From positions 17,000-80,999 of the forward strand of contig JAJTIC010000016.1 of NCBI GenBank assembly GCA_021300175.1: a stretch of DNA of 64,000 nucleotides, given 5' to 3'. The first letter of the stretch is position 1. Each line of letters starts with the position of its first letter. Position numbers and translations under genes: made by a program. The notes below the pieces were generated by a model that did no database searches, was not told the origin of the DNA, and saw only the letters and a program-made list of their open reading frames with translations. Positions 30,956 through 39,258 of this stretch are shown here, piece by piece. This DNA is from Pseudomonadota bacterium (GTDB lineage Bacteria; Bdellovibrionota; Bdellovibrionia; Bdellovibrionales; Bdellovibrionaceae).

Positions 30956-33370
30956 CTAAGCAGCTGAAGCAGCAGCTGGCGCTTTGTTTTTCTTACCCGC
31001 TTTGCCAGAGGAAACTTTCTTTCCAGCTTTCGTCGAACGATCAAAAGCGACGGCAAAAACTTCATCCAGATTCTCTACACAGATAAAGTTCATACTATCT
31101 TTAAACTCTTTAGGAATATCTGCTAAATCCTTCTGGTTCGCCAGAGGAATTATGACATCTCGAATTCCTTGAGAGAGAGCAGCTAGGCATTTCTCTCTAA
31201 TTCCGCCGACGGGCAGCACTCGACCTTGAAGAGTGACTTCACCCGTCATCGCGATGTCATGTCTCACAGGAGTATCTGTCATTAGACTCAGAAGGGCGGT
31301 ACTCATGGTGACACCAGCAGAAGGACCATCCTTCGGGATGGCTCCAGCGGGTAAGTGAACGTGGACATCCCATTTTTCGAAGAAATCAGCTGGAATACCC
31401 AGCTCCTCATAGTGAGCTCTTGCATAAGTCATGGCTGCATGGGCAGATTCTTTCATCACGTCGCCCAATTGGCCTGTTAATACAAGACCACCTTTGCCAC
31501 GATACTTGAGTGCTTCTACATACAGAACTTCACCGCCAGCTTGAGTCCAAGCTAGACCAGTCACCACTCCCACTTGAGAGTCGTGCAGCTTCTCATCACG
31601 TAAGTAACGGGGAGGCCCCATCAAATCAGGAATGACTTCAGGAGTGATTTCTACAAAATGCGCCTCACCCATAACCACCATTTTGGCCACTTTACGGCAG
31701 AGAGATCCCACCTCACGCTCAAGGTTTCTCAACCCTGCCTCGCGAGTGTAGTGTGCGATCAAAAATTTCACACCAGCATCCGTGAATTTAATATTTTTTT
31801 CAGAAATTCCGTTTGCTTCGATTTGCCTTTGGATAATGTGCTGCTTCGTGATCAGCATCTTGTCGTTCTCGGTGTAACCAGAGATATGGATGAGCTCCAT
31901 ACGATCTCTGAGCGCCGGAGGAATGTTTTCCACTACGTTCGCCGTAGCGATGAAAAGAACATTGGACAAATCAAAATCCACATTTAAATAGTTGTCTCTG
32001 AAAGAATGATTCTGTTCAGGATCCAAAACCTCAAGCATTGCAGCAGAGGGATCTCCGCGGAAATCACTTCCTAGCTTATCGATTTCATCGAGAACGATCA
32101 CGGGATTGTTTGTCTTTACTTGGCGCATTGCCTGAATAATTTTACCAGGCATGGCCCCAACATAAGTGCGTCGGTGACCACGAATTTCTGCTTCATCTTT
32201 CACGCCGCCGAGTGCGATTCGGAAATACTCTCGACCCATCGATTTTGCAATCGATTTACCAAGGGATGTTTTACCAACCCCTGGAGGTCCACAAAAGCAC
32301 AAAATAGGCCCCTTGATCGTACTTTTTAGTTTTCTGACAGCCAAAAACTCCAACACTCGATCCTTGGCTTTCAGAAGATCGTAGTGATCTTCATCCAAAA
32401 TGACTTTTGATTTTCCAAGATCAATCGTGTCTTCAGTTTTTTTATTCCAAGGAAGGTCAACCATCCAATCAAGATAGGTTCTTACCATCGATGCCTCTGA
32501 AGCATCTGGATGCATTCTTTCCAGGCGAGCCAATTGCTTCAACGCTTCAGTTTCAACAGCCTCAGGCATTCCAGCATTGTGAATTTTCTCACGAAGTTCT
32601 TCCATCTCTTCAGATTTCGAGTCATTCTCACCAAGCTCTGACTTTATAGCCCTCATTTGCTCGCGCAAAAAATACTCACGTTGAGACTTGGACATTTCGT
32701 CTTTAGCCTGAGTCCTGATTTTGGCTTGCATCTGCAAAACCTCTAGTTCAGCTGCTAAAATTTCATTCACAAGCTTGAGGCGCTCGCGATGATCAGTTGT
32801 TTCAAGAACACGCTGAGCATCCTGAACTTTGATACCCAAATTACTAGCAATTAAATCAGCCAATTTTCCTGGATCTTGGACATCATCGAGAACCAATAGG
32901 ATGTCAGGAGAGAGAACTCGTCCGAGTGCAATGATCTTTTCGATATGCTCTTTCGCAGTTCTGACCAAAGCTTCGAATTCTACAGTGGATGAAGAATTCT
33001 GCGTTTCTTCGATCTTTTCAATGGCCACCTCATAATTAGGAGAAGTTTTTGTGAAAGACTTAATTCTTCCCTTAGCTTCACCTTGGATCAGAATTTTTAC
33101 GCGGCCATCTGAGAGCTTTCGCATTCTCATAATCTTGGCGATAGTTCCTGTTGTGTAGACCCCCTCGGGAGACGGGTTTTCTTCTGTGATCTCTTTTTGT
33201 GAGGCTAAAAATATGAGTCTACTTTTTGATAAGGCTTCCTCTACAGCTCGAATCGAAGAGTCCCGTCCTACAAATAGCGGGAGAATCATGTAGGGAAAAA
33301 CTACGATGTCTCTCACAGGTAACATTGGCAAAGTGGCTGGGATATCAATGACTTTGTCGTCAAAACTCAT
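30956..33370 (-). CDS. lon: ATP-dependent protease Lon (LonA)
   Basis: ORF 30956-33385. The likely start is ATG 33370, preceded by GGAGG. Walker A motif GPPGVGKTS and protease motif PKDGPSAGVTM. An N-terminal LON domain is present. Confidence 0.97.
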   Translation of the reverse strand: MSFDDKVIDIPATLPMLPVRDIVVFPYMILPLFVGRDSSIRAVEEALSKSRLIFLASQKEITEENPSPEGVYTTGTIAKIMRMRKLSDGRVKILIQGEAKGRIKSFTKTSPNYEVAIEKIEETQNSSSTVEFEALVRTAKEHIEKIIALGRVLSPDILLVLDDVQDPGKLADLIASNLGIKVQDAQRVLETTDHRERLKLVNEILAAELEVLQMQAKIRTQAKDEMSKSQREYFLREQMRAIKSELGENDSKSEEMEELREKIHNAGMPEAVETEALKQLARLERMHPDASEASMVRTYLDWMVDLPWNKKTEDTIDLGKSKVILDEDHYDLLKAKDRVLEFLAVRKLKSTIKGPILCFCGPPGVGKTSLGKSIAKSMGREYFRIALGGVKDEAEIRGHRRTYVGAMPGKIIQAMRQVKTNNPVIVLDEIDKLGSDFRGDPSAAMLEVLDPEQNHSFRDNYLNVDFDLSNVLFIATANVVENIPPALRDRMELIHISGYTENDKMLITKQHIIQRQIEANGISEKNIKFTDAGVKFLIAHYTREAGLRNLEREVGSLCRKVAKMVVMGEAHFVEITPEVIPDLMGPPRYLRDEKLHDSQVGVVTGLAWTQAGGEVLYVEALKYRGKGGLVLTGQLGDVMKESAHAAMTYARAHYEELGIPADFFEKWDVHVHLPAGAIPKDGPSAGVTMSTALLSLMTDTPVRHDIAMTGEVTLQGRVLPVGGIREKCLAALSQGIRDVIIPLANQKDLADIPKEFKDSMNFICVENLDEVFAVAFDRSTKAGKKVSSGKAGKKNKAPAAASAA

Positions 33371-33489
33371 ATGGCTCCTCCGCATACCGCGAGCGGGATT
33401 AGTAAACTTCTGTGAAAACTGTTTCGGCCTGCAGGAGTGGGTGCTTTAAGAAAAATGTCGCAAGTTCTGAAATTTGAATGAAAATTAGA

Positions 33490-33505
33490 CTGACATCCAT
33501 GTCAG
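33490..33505 (-). terminator. Possible intrinsic terminator after the DksA/TraR gene
   Basis: On the minus strand, the hairpin CTGACAT-gg-ATGTCAG is followed by the U-rich TCTAATTTTCATTC. It lies about 45 nt after the stop at 33549. The stem is short, so confidence is low. Confidence 0.35.
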
Positions 33506-33548
33506 CGAGCCTCTTCCTTTGAGGATTTACAGACTAAGATTGGGCTAA

Positions 33549-33908
33549 TTAGTTCAAATAATTACGAGGGTCTTCCTGCTCTTCTTTGCACTGAATGCAA
33601 AGACTCGCAAAAGGTCGGGCTTTTAACCGACTTACACCGATGGTGTCTCCACAGCTCTCACATTGGCCATAGGAGCCCTCCTCGAGCTTACTGAGTGCCT
33701 TTTCGATCTGATAGAGCACACTGCGATCTCGCTCGTGAAGTTGAATCGACAGACTTAAAGAATTGTCCAAAGAAGCAACTTCAGCTTCGTCGATTAAGCC
33801 CTGTTTGGCCGACAACTGCTCACTGCGAAACTCAGTCGACTTGTTTAAGATGTTGCTCTTTTGTTCGAGCAAGTAGGACTTGAAATACTTAAGGTCGGTC
33901 GCGTTCAT
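33549..33908 (-). CDS. DksA/TraR family C4-type zinc-finger protein
   Basis: ORF 33549-33908. The C-terminus YGQCESCGDTIGVSRLKARPFASLCIQCKEEQE has the CxxC-N17-CxxC finger. The putative coiled-coil tip is DEAEVA. Confidence 0.85.
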   Translation of the reverse strand: MNATDLKYFKSYLLEQKSNILNKSTEFRSEQLSAKQGLIDEAEVASLDNSLSLSIQLHERDRSVLYQIEKALSKLEEGSYGQCESCGDTIGVSRLKARPFASLCIQCKEEQEDPRNYLN

Positions 33909-34131
33909 CTGTTCCCCCTTTGGATGATCACTACCAATGCATGGGCTGGGTTATGAATAAAAGCACTAGGGGAGTCATCAAAAAAGATCTAAGTGCTGAA
34001 AATATCAACAGAATTTGCGACACTGAGAATTAGAGTTTTCCACAATTTTGGGGGCCCTGCGGAGCCCCATTTCATGGGCGCTGTGGATTGTGTTGAGTCT
34101 GTCATGAATCGTGTAAGATTCTGCTTCTGAT

Positions 34132-34509
34132 TCATGGTGTTGCGAACCTTGTCGAGAGAGATTCGCGAAGCTCAGCACCTTCGATGCTCAAGCGAGTGTA
34201 AGGAATTGCGAGCAATCTTTGCTCTTCAATTTGTTCACCCGTCTCTTCACAAAATCCGAATTGTCCTGCTTGAATCCGACTGAGTGCCATTTCAATTTCA
34301 AAAAGTTGCACACGAATTCTTTCTTGCGATGCCAACAGAGAATTCTCTGTGAGCTGAGCGACAGCCTGGTCGATTTCGTCGCCAGAGTTTTTATCATTCT
34401 GAGCAAACTCCATCCGCGAAGTGCGAGCTCTATTGAGAAGCTCTTGCTTCATGGAAAGCAATCTCATCTTGCAGGTGCGAATAATTTCTTGGCTTAAAAT
34501 CATGGACAT
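34132..34509 (-). CDS. DksA-like protein with degenerate (Cys-poor) zinc-finger region
   Basis: ORF 34132-34509, with GGAGG upstream of the ATG. It has the same length class and coiled-coil layout as the neighbouring DksA/TraR gene. The tip motif is DEIDQA (DxxDxA). The finger region FCEETGEQIEEQRLLAIPYTRLSIEGAE keeps only one of the four Cys residues. Confidence 0.6.
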   Translation of the reverse strand: MSMILSQEIIRTCKMRLLSMKQELLNRARTSRMEFAQNDKNSGDEIDQAVAQLTENSLLASQERIRVQLFEIEMALSRIQAGQFGFCEETGEQIEEQRLLAIPYTRLSIEGAELRESLSTRFATP

Positions 34510-34592
34510 AACTCCTCCTTCGTTGGTTAGTCATTTGGACTTACTGACTCAGGACGAGGGATGAGGGGTTAAAAAACCCCCATCAAATCTTC

Positions 34593-36494
34593 TTATTGCT
34601 TAGATAACTGGACCTCTAAAGGAACTATATTTGATCCCATCAAAGTTAGAGCTCTGAGAGGTCGTTGAATCTCGCGATCTTGTGAAATTGAAAGGGGACC
34701 TATGCTGCCTGGAAAATCTTTCAAATCTGCTAACTCTTGAGAAAGGCTTTCGCGAGAAGTAGCTCCCTGAGAAATGAGTTGTCTTAAGACAAGAGCGGCA
34801 TCATATCCCTGAACTTCGAACAACCCAGGTTCGTCTCCAAAAATACCTTTGTAATCTTTGACAAATCGAGAGTTTTGAAACTGCACATCTGTGGGAACAA
34901 ACGAATCTACAAAAAGTAAATTATCAGAGAAATTTCCAGCGCGCTTTGCAATAGATGGGTTGTTCCAAATATTTGTGCCGAGCAATCGAGGCCCTCTAAC
35001 TCCGGCGTAGGAAAGTGCAGCTGAGATTTGTCCTAAAGCTCGAGCACTATCAGGAATAAAAACACCATCAAAATTTACAATCGGCGGTAAAACGTCTTCA
35101 GGGGTTTCAGAACGAATAGATTTTGTTTTCTTTTCAGCCTGAAGATCTTTGAGTCGCAGCTTAAATTCGTCCGATCTTGCATCAGTAAAAAAAGTTCCCG
35201 TGAGTTTTTGGATAGTATCTCTGAAGTCTGTCTCTTTGGGAGAGTATGTTTGAGCTGCCGTGATTTGTCCGCCACGAGCAAGCACTTCGTCCCAAAAAAG
35301 ATTCGCAAATTCAACTCCGTAGGAGTCATTGGGATAGACAATCGCAAATTTTTTCATTTTCAAATCTTCCATGGCTACTTTGACCAGATAGCGAACTTGC
35401 ATTTCACTCGTCATAGCATTTCGGAAAACTCGAGCTCCCATTTCCGTCAGGCCCGCTCTCTGTGACAAGCCAATGCTTGGCACGCCGAGTTCATTGGACT
35501 TTGAGGCCACAGCTGGAGCATTTCTACTGAGCAAGCTTCCAATCACGGCGATGACGTTGTCTTCTTTGACAAGTTTCTCAACACCCCGCCGAGCCACGTC
35601 GGGAGAACCTTCTGAGTCGACGACCGCAAGTTTAAAGCTAGAGGGCTGATTATTATAAAGCCCCAGGCCCATTTGAATCCCACGCAAAGTCTTTTGCCCC
35701 ATAGCTGCATTTTTTCCTGTCAAAGGAAGAACAGCTCCCACAGTTCTTGGCGCCACTCTTCGGACAGCTTCAAGCTGCTCAGAAAATTCTTTGGCGCGCA
35801 AACTCCACTCGTTGTCCTGATCGGAAACTTGAGCTCTGCTAAAAAACTTTCTCGCAGAATCTTGATCATTATTCTGGAGGTGCTGTTCCCCCAGGCGAAA
35901 GTAAGCAGCAGATCTTACAACTCCAGGCCATTGCGAGCTACTTCCCACCTCTTCAAGTTCTTTGATGGAAAGCGAAGATTGGATTAAGGTCATTGTAGAG
36001 AGGCGAAAGATCTCAGCATCTTTTACAAGCTTTGGATTTGTTAAAGCTGTCATTGCTGTACTGAGAGCTCCTTCGACATGACCAATGAGTTCTGCAGCTT
36101 TTAGGCGAACTTGTAAAATTTCAGAAAGATTACTATCTGCCCATGTAAAACGGGCCAGTATCTCTCCTGAAAAATCATAAACGTCATGATGCCTTTGACC
36201 TTTGACCAATGATCTTAAAGCCCACAAGGAAGCCTCACCCGACTTCGGCTGGCCAGCCCACCGTTCAGCCGCTGTTCGAAAGAATTCATGGGATTTATTG
36301 TACTCTTTATTTTGATAAAATTTTTGGCCCTGGCTAAACAGAGCTTCGGGTGCTACCTGAGGAACAGACACTTTAGGTGGTGGAGCCGGGCGGGCGACTT
36401 GATTCCGTGGTGTGCTTGGGATTTCTCGGACTGTAGAAACAGCACAAGATGCCAACAAAATAACTGCAAGAAAGGCGAAAAAGGATTTTCTCAT
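34593..36494 (-). CDS. Lipoprotein with N-terminal TPR-like region and type 1 periplasmic-binding-protein fold (LivK/LpoA-like)
   Basis: ORF 34593-36494. Lipobox AVILLASCAV. The central and C-terminal part (GAVLPLTGKNAAMGQKTLRGIQMGL...VIAVIGSLLSRNA) resembles Leu/Ile/Val-binding-type PBP domains. Its start overlaps the J-protein stop (ATGA). Confidence 0.6.
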   Translation of the reverse strand: MRKSFFAFLAVILLASCAVSTVREIPSTPRNQVARPAPPPKVSVPQVAPEALFSQGQKFYQNKEYNKSHEFFRTAAERWAGQPKSGEASLWALRSLVKGQRHHDVYDFSGEILARFTWADSNLSEILQVRLKAAELIGHVEGALSTAMTALTNPKLVKDAEIFRLSTMTLIQSSLSIKELEEVGSSSQWPGVVRSAAYFRLGEQHLQNNDQDSARKFFSRAQVSDQDNEWSLRAKEFSEQLEAVRRVAPRTVGAVLPLTGKNAAMGQKTLRGIQMGLGLYNNQPSSFKLAVVDSEGSPDVARRGVEKLVKEDNVIAVIGSLLSRNAPAVASKSNELGVPSIGLSQRAGLTEMGARVFRNAMTSEMQVRYLVKVAMEDLKMKKFAIVYPNDSYGVEFANLFWDEVLARGGQITAAQTYSPKETDFRDTIQKLTGTFFTDARSDEFKLRLKDLQAEKKTKSIRSETPEDVLPPIVNFDGVFIPDSARALGQISAALSYAGVRGPRLLGTNIWNNPSIAKRAGNFSDNLLFVDSFVPTDVQFQNSRFVKDYKGIFGDEPGLFEVQGYDAALVLRQLISQGATSRESLSQELADLKDFPGSIGPLSISQDREIQRPLRALTLMGSNIVPLEVQLSKQ

Positions 36495-37471
36495 TTTCGG
36501 GTCCTTAAGATTTGATTCATCTTCTCTTTGAACGATTTAACCTGTGGAGTATCTTCAATTGTCTTAGAAAACTCTTGCAGCAGATCTCTCTGCCGAGAGG
36601 TCAGAGTCGATGGCGTATCAACGAGAAATTTGACGAGCATATCGCCTGAGCCAAAGCCTCCACCGCGCGGGAAGCCTTTACCTTTGAGGCGAAAAATCTG
36701 TCCAGAGTGAGTTCCAGGTGGGATCTTAATAACAGCTTTCCCTGTCAGAGTTGGTACCTCAACTTCAGAACCTAAGATCGCATCGATAAAGGTCACCGGA
36801 ATATCCAAAAGAAGATCGTCCTCTTCACGGCTAAAGAGCGGATGTTCTTGAATATTGATAATCACATAAAGGTCACCAGCGGGACCCCCTTGCAACCCGG
36901 CATCGCCCTCGGATCCCAGTTTCAATCTTTGACCTTGCTTAACGCCGGCAGGGACACGCACTAAAAGTTTTGCTGTTTCATCGCGACCATTCCTTTGTCT
37001 GAGAAAAGAAATCGTTTTTTCCGTCCCTGTGGCAGAATCTTCAAAGGAGATATTCAATGTATATCTGAGATCTGAACCGCGAGATTTCCTCTGGCCACGA
37101 AATCCTTTTTGGCCACCAAAGACATCGCCAAAGATGTCTCCGAAGATATCTTGAAAACTATCATTGTCAAAATTTCCACCGCCAAAACCACCAGCTCCAC
37201 CGAAGCCGCCAAATCCAGGCCCTGGGCCTGAGTCGCCGGAGCCTTGTTGAGCTCCAGTGAAGCCAAACTGATCATACATTTCACGTTTTTTAGGATCGCT
37301 GAGAATCTCATAAGCTTCTGTACACTCTTTAAATTTCTCTTCAGCTTTCTTATCACCTGGATTCTTATCCGGGTGATATTTCATAGCCATCTTCCGAAAA
37401 GACTTTTTGATCTCTTCAGCTGAAGCCGTGCGAGAAATTTCTAATACAGCGTAAAGATCTTTCTTAGCCAT
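36491..37471 (-). CDS. DnaJ-class co-chaperone, type II (J domain plus G/F region, no CxxCxGxG zinc-finger; CbpA-like)
   Basis: ORF 36491-37471. J domain DLYAVLEISRTASAEEIKKSFRKMAMKYHPDKNPGD and a Gly/Phe-rich linker. The C-terminal substrate-binding domains lack a Cys-rich insert. Confidence 0.85.
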   Translation of the reverse strand: MAKKDLYAVLEISRTASAEEIKKSFRKMAMKYHPDKNPGDKKAEEKFKECTEAYEILSDPKKREMYDQFGFTGAQQGSGDSGPGPGFGGFGGAGGFGGGNFDNDSFQDIFGDIFGDVFGGQKGFRGQRKSRGSDLRYTLNISFEDSATGTEKTISFLRQRNGRDETAKLLVRVPAGVKQGQRLKLGSEGDAGLQGGPAGDLYVIINIQEHPLFSREEDDLLLDIPVTFIDAILGSEVEVPTLTGKAVIKIPPGTHSGQIFRLKGKGFPRGGGFGSGDMLVKFLVDTPSTLTSRQRDLLQEFSKTIEDTPQVKSFKEKMNQILRTRK

Positions 37472-37472
37472 C

Positions 37473-37988
37473 TTAACTATTTAAACCTTTGGCAACGATC
37501 ACTTGCCCTGGGCGAATCAGCTTGTCATGGAGCTTGTAAGGCTTTTTGAAAACACGGACGACGTGACCTTCTGGCATTGCAGTGGTTGGTTCTGCGCCAA
37601 GGGCCTCATGGACGTTGGGATCAAAAGCAACACCATGGCTGGGCACTTCTTGGATTCCAGATTTTGAAAGAACACTTTTTAACTCTGAGGCCGTGAGCTG
37701 GATTCCTTTCACAAAGGTTTGAAAGTTCTCTGCTGTTACTTGAACTTCCAAAGCTCGCTCAAAATTATCCAGAATTCCTAAGATCTCCAAAGCAAGGCGT
37801 TCGCCGCCGTATTTTAAAAGGTCTGACCGCTCTTTGATCGCGTGTTTTTTGTAATTTTCAAATTCAGCTTTCAGGTACAAATAGTCGTTCTTAAATTTTT
37901 CTGCAGTCGCTTGCGCTGCTTGAAGCTCTTCTGCCGTGGGAGCTGATGCTGGAGAACCACTCTCAGAGTTTTGAGTTGAATCAGACAT
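37473..37988 (-). CDS. grpE: Nucleotide exchange factor GrpE
   Basis: ORF 37473-37988. GrpE pattern DYLYLKAEFENYKKHAIKE...FDPNVHEA...GYKLHDKLIRPGQVIV. AGGAGG lies upstream of the ATG. Confidence 0.93.
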   Translation of the reverse strand: MSDSTQNSESGSPASAPTAEELQAAQATAEKFKNDYLYLKAEFENYKKHAIKERSDLLKYGGERLALEILGILDNFERALEVQVTAENFQTFVKGIQLTASELKSVLSKSGIQEVPSHGVAFDPNVHEALGAEPTTAMPEGHVVRVFKKPYKLHDKLIRPGQVIVAKGLNS

Positions 37989-38026
37989 AAAAATCCTCCT
38001 GAAAATAAAATCTTAATCTACTGATT

Positions 38027-38055
38027 AACATGGGAATTCACAAGGATTGGTCAAG
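38027..38055 (-). promoter_or_regulatory. Sigma32 (heat-shock)-like promoter upstream of grpE
   Basis: The minus strand reads CTTGACC-N14-CCCATGTT, compared with the E. coli sigma32 consensus CTTGAAA-N13/14-CCCCATNT. It sits in the 72-nt hemW-grpE gap, about 39 nt before the grpE ATG. Confidence 0.5.
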
Positions 38056-38060
38056 CAAAT

Positions 38061-39242
38061 CTAAAGAGAGATTTCGCCTTCTAAAAATGTGAGCGCAGCG
38101 TAAACCTGATTACTCACGAGCTTTCCTTCTGTTGTGAGTGAATAACGAGCCTCGTCATCAGTTTTAACGAGCCCAAGATCTGCTTGAGACTTCAAGATTG
38201 CTGCAATTTTCAAAGCAATTGGCTCGCCATACTTGGTCTCCAAATGATCTAGACTTAGGCCAGAATCAGTCCTTAAAAAGGTATGACAATAATCAGTTAA
38301 AGACTGATGGATTAACAGATCTTCCCGCAAACTTTCTGGCAGATGAGAGCCTGGAGATTGAGTTTTTTGAGGAAGTCCCCCAATCAAGGATTGGTAGGCA
38401 CCGATACTGGGAGGGTTCCAAAACCTGCGTCCAAATTGACCCACCCACGGAGCATAACTGTGTGCACTTAGGCCGACTCCCCAGTAGGCCTGATCTGTCC
38501 AATAGAGCGTGTTATGTCGAGACTCCCGGCCCGGCAAACAGTAATTTGAAATCTCGTACTGTTGGTACCCAGCCTGCTTCAGCCGACGATCAATCAATTC
38601 AAACATCTTCACCTGAAGATCTTCGCTCAGCCGCACCTTTGAGAGCGGATGCCCCTCGGGAACAGTGAGACAATAAGGAGAGACATGTTGAGGCTTGAAC
38701 TTTGAAACCTCATCAAGATCGCGACCCAAATCGTCGAGACTTTGGCCTGGCAATGCGAACAGAACATCGAAAGAATAGTTCACATTATAGGACTTGAGAA
38801 AAGACAAAGTCTCCCGTGTCTGTCGCGAATTGTGTTCACGGTTTACACTTTTTAAAAGCGAATCACTGAAAGTCTGCGCTCCGACACTAAATCGATTGAT
38901 ACCAGCCTTAAGGTAATTCTCCATTTTCTGAGGGTTCAGTGTGGCGGGATTAATCTCGAGAGTGATCTCGGTTTCTGGTCCAGTCTTGAAACCCAAGTTG
39001 TTCAGGTTCTGAATCAGGTCTACAATCAACTCAGAGTCCACAAGACTTGGAGTTCCGCCTCCGAAATAGAGAGTGCTCAAGCTTCCTTTGGGAAAGAGAT
39101 GCGCTGAGAAGGCAGCTTCTTTCTTTAAAAGTGAAAAGTACTCATGGGGTGGAAGAATTTCTGAGTGCACGTAAGTGGCAAAATCACAGTAAGTGCATCT
39201 CTGAAGGCAATAAGGAATGTGAACGTAGATCCCGAAACCCAT
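38061..39242 (-). CDS. hemW: Radical SAM heme chaperone HemW / oxygen-independent coproporphyrinogen-III oxidase family
   Basis: ORF 38061-39269, with the likely ATG at 39242 (MGFGIYVHIPYCLQRCTYCDF, CxxxCxxC radical SAM motif). The family layout includes the HemN C-terminal domain. Confidence 0.88.
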   Translation of the reverse strand: MGFGIYVHIPYCLQRCTYCDFATYVHSEILPPHEYFSLLKKEAAFSAHLFPKGSLSTLYFGGGTPSLVDSELIVDLIQNLNNLGFKTGPETEITLEINPATLNPQKMENYLKAGINRFSVGAQTFSDSLLKSVNREHNSRQTRETLSFLKSYNVNYSFDVLFALPGQSLDDLGRDLDEVSKFKPQHVSPYCLTVPEGHPLSKVRLSEDLQVKMFELIDRRLKQAGYQQYEISNYCLPGRESRHNTLYWTDQAYWGVGLSAHSYAPWVGQFGRRFWNPPSIGAYQSLIGGLPQKTQSPGSHLPESLREDLLIHQSLTDYCHTFLRTDSGLSLDHLETKYGEPIALKIAAILKSQADLGLVKTDDEARYSLTTEGKLVSNQVYAALTFLEGEISL

Positions 39243-39258
39243 AGGAGCTTTGTAAAAG

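Noticed and set aside
33434-33464. Sigma32-like promoter upstream of lon (CTTGCGA-N16-CCCACTCC on the minus strand)
   Set aside because: The spacer is longer than usual and the -10 match is weak, so it is not reported as a feature. It is mentioned only as context in the heat-shock finding.
34036-34090. Inverted pair of DnaA-box-like 9-mers (TTTTCCACA at 34036-34044, TGTGGATTG at 34082-34090) flanking a short GC hairpin, plus a single ATATCCACA at 30345-30353; considered as an oriC or DnaA-regulated site
   Set aside because: These are isolated relaxed-consensus matches, expected by chance in 64 kb. There is no cluster of boxes and no adjacent AT-rich unwinding element, and the location between two DksA-like genes is not a typical origin context. 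The hairpin has only a 5-bp stem.
37989-38060. CIRCE/HrcA operator upstream of grpE
   Set aside because: No TTAGCACTC-N9-GAGTGCTAA-like inverted repeat is present in the gap. A sigma32-like promoter fits better.
39243-39258. Only 16 bp between the divergent hemW and M16 peptidase start codons; considered as a shared bidirectional regulatory element
   Set aside because: The start-codon choice for hemW is uncertain (39242 versus 39269). No repeat or palindrome is visible in the short gap, so nothing beyond overlapping 5-prime regions can be claimed.
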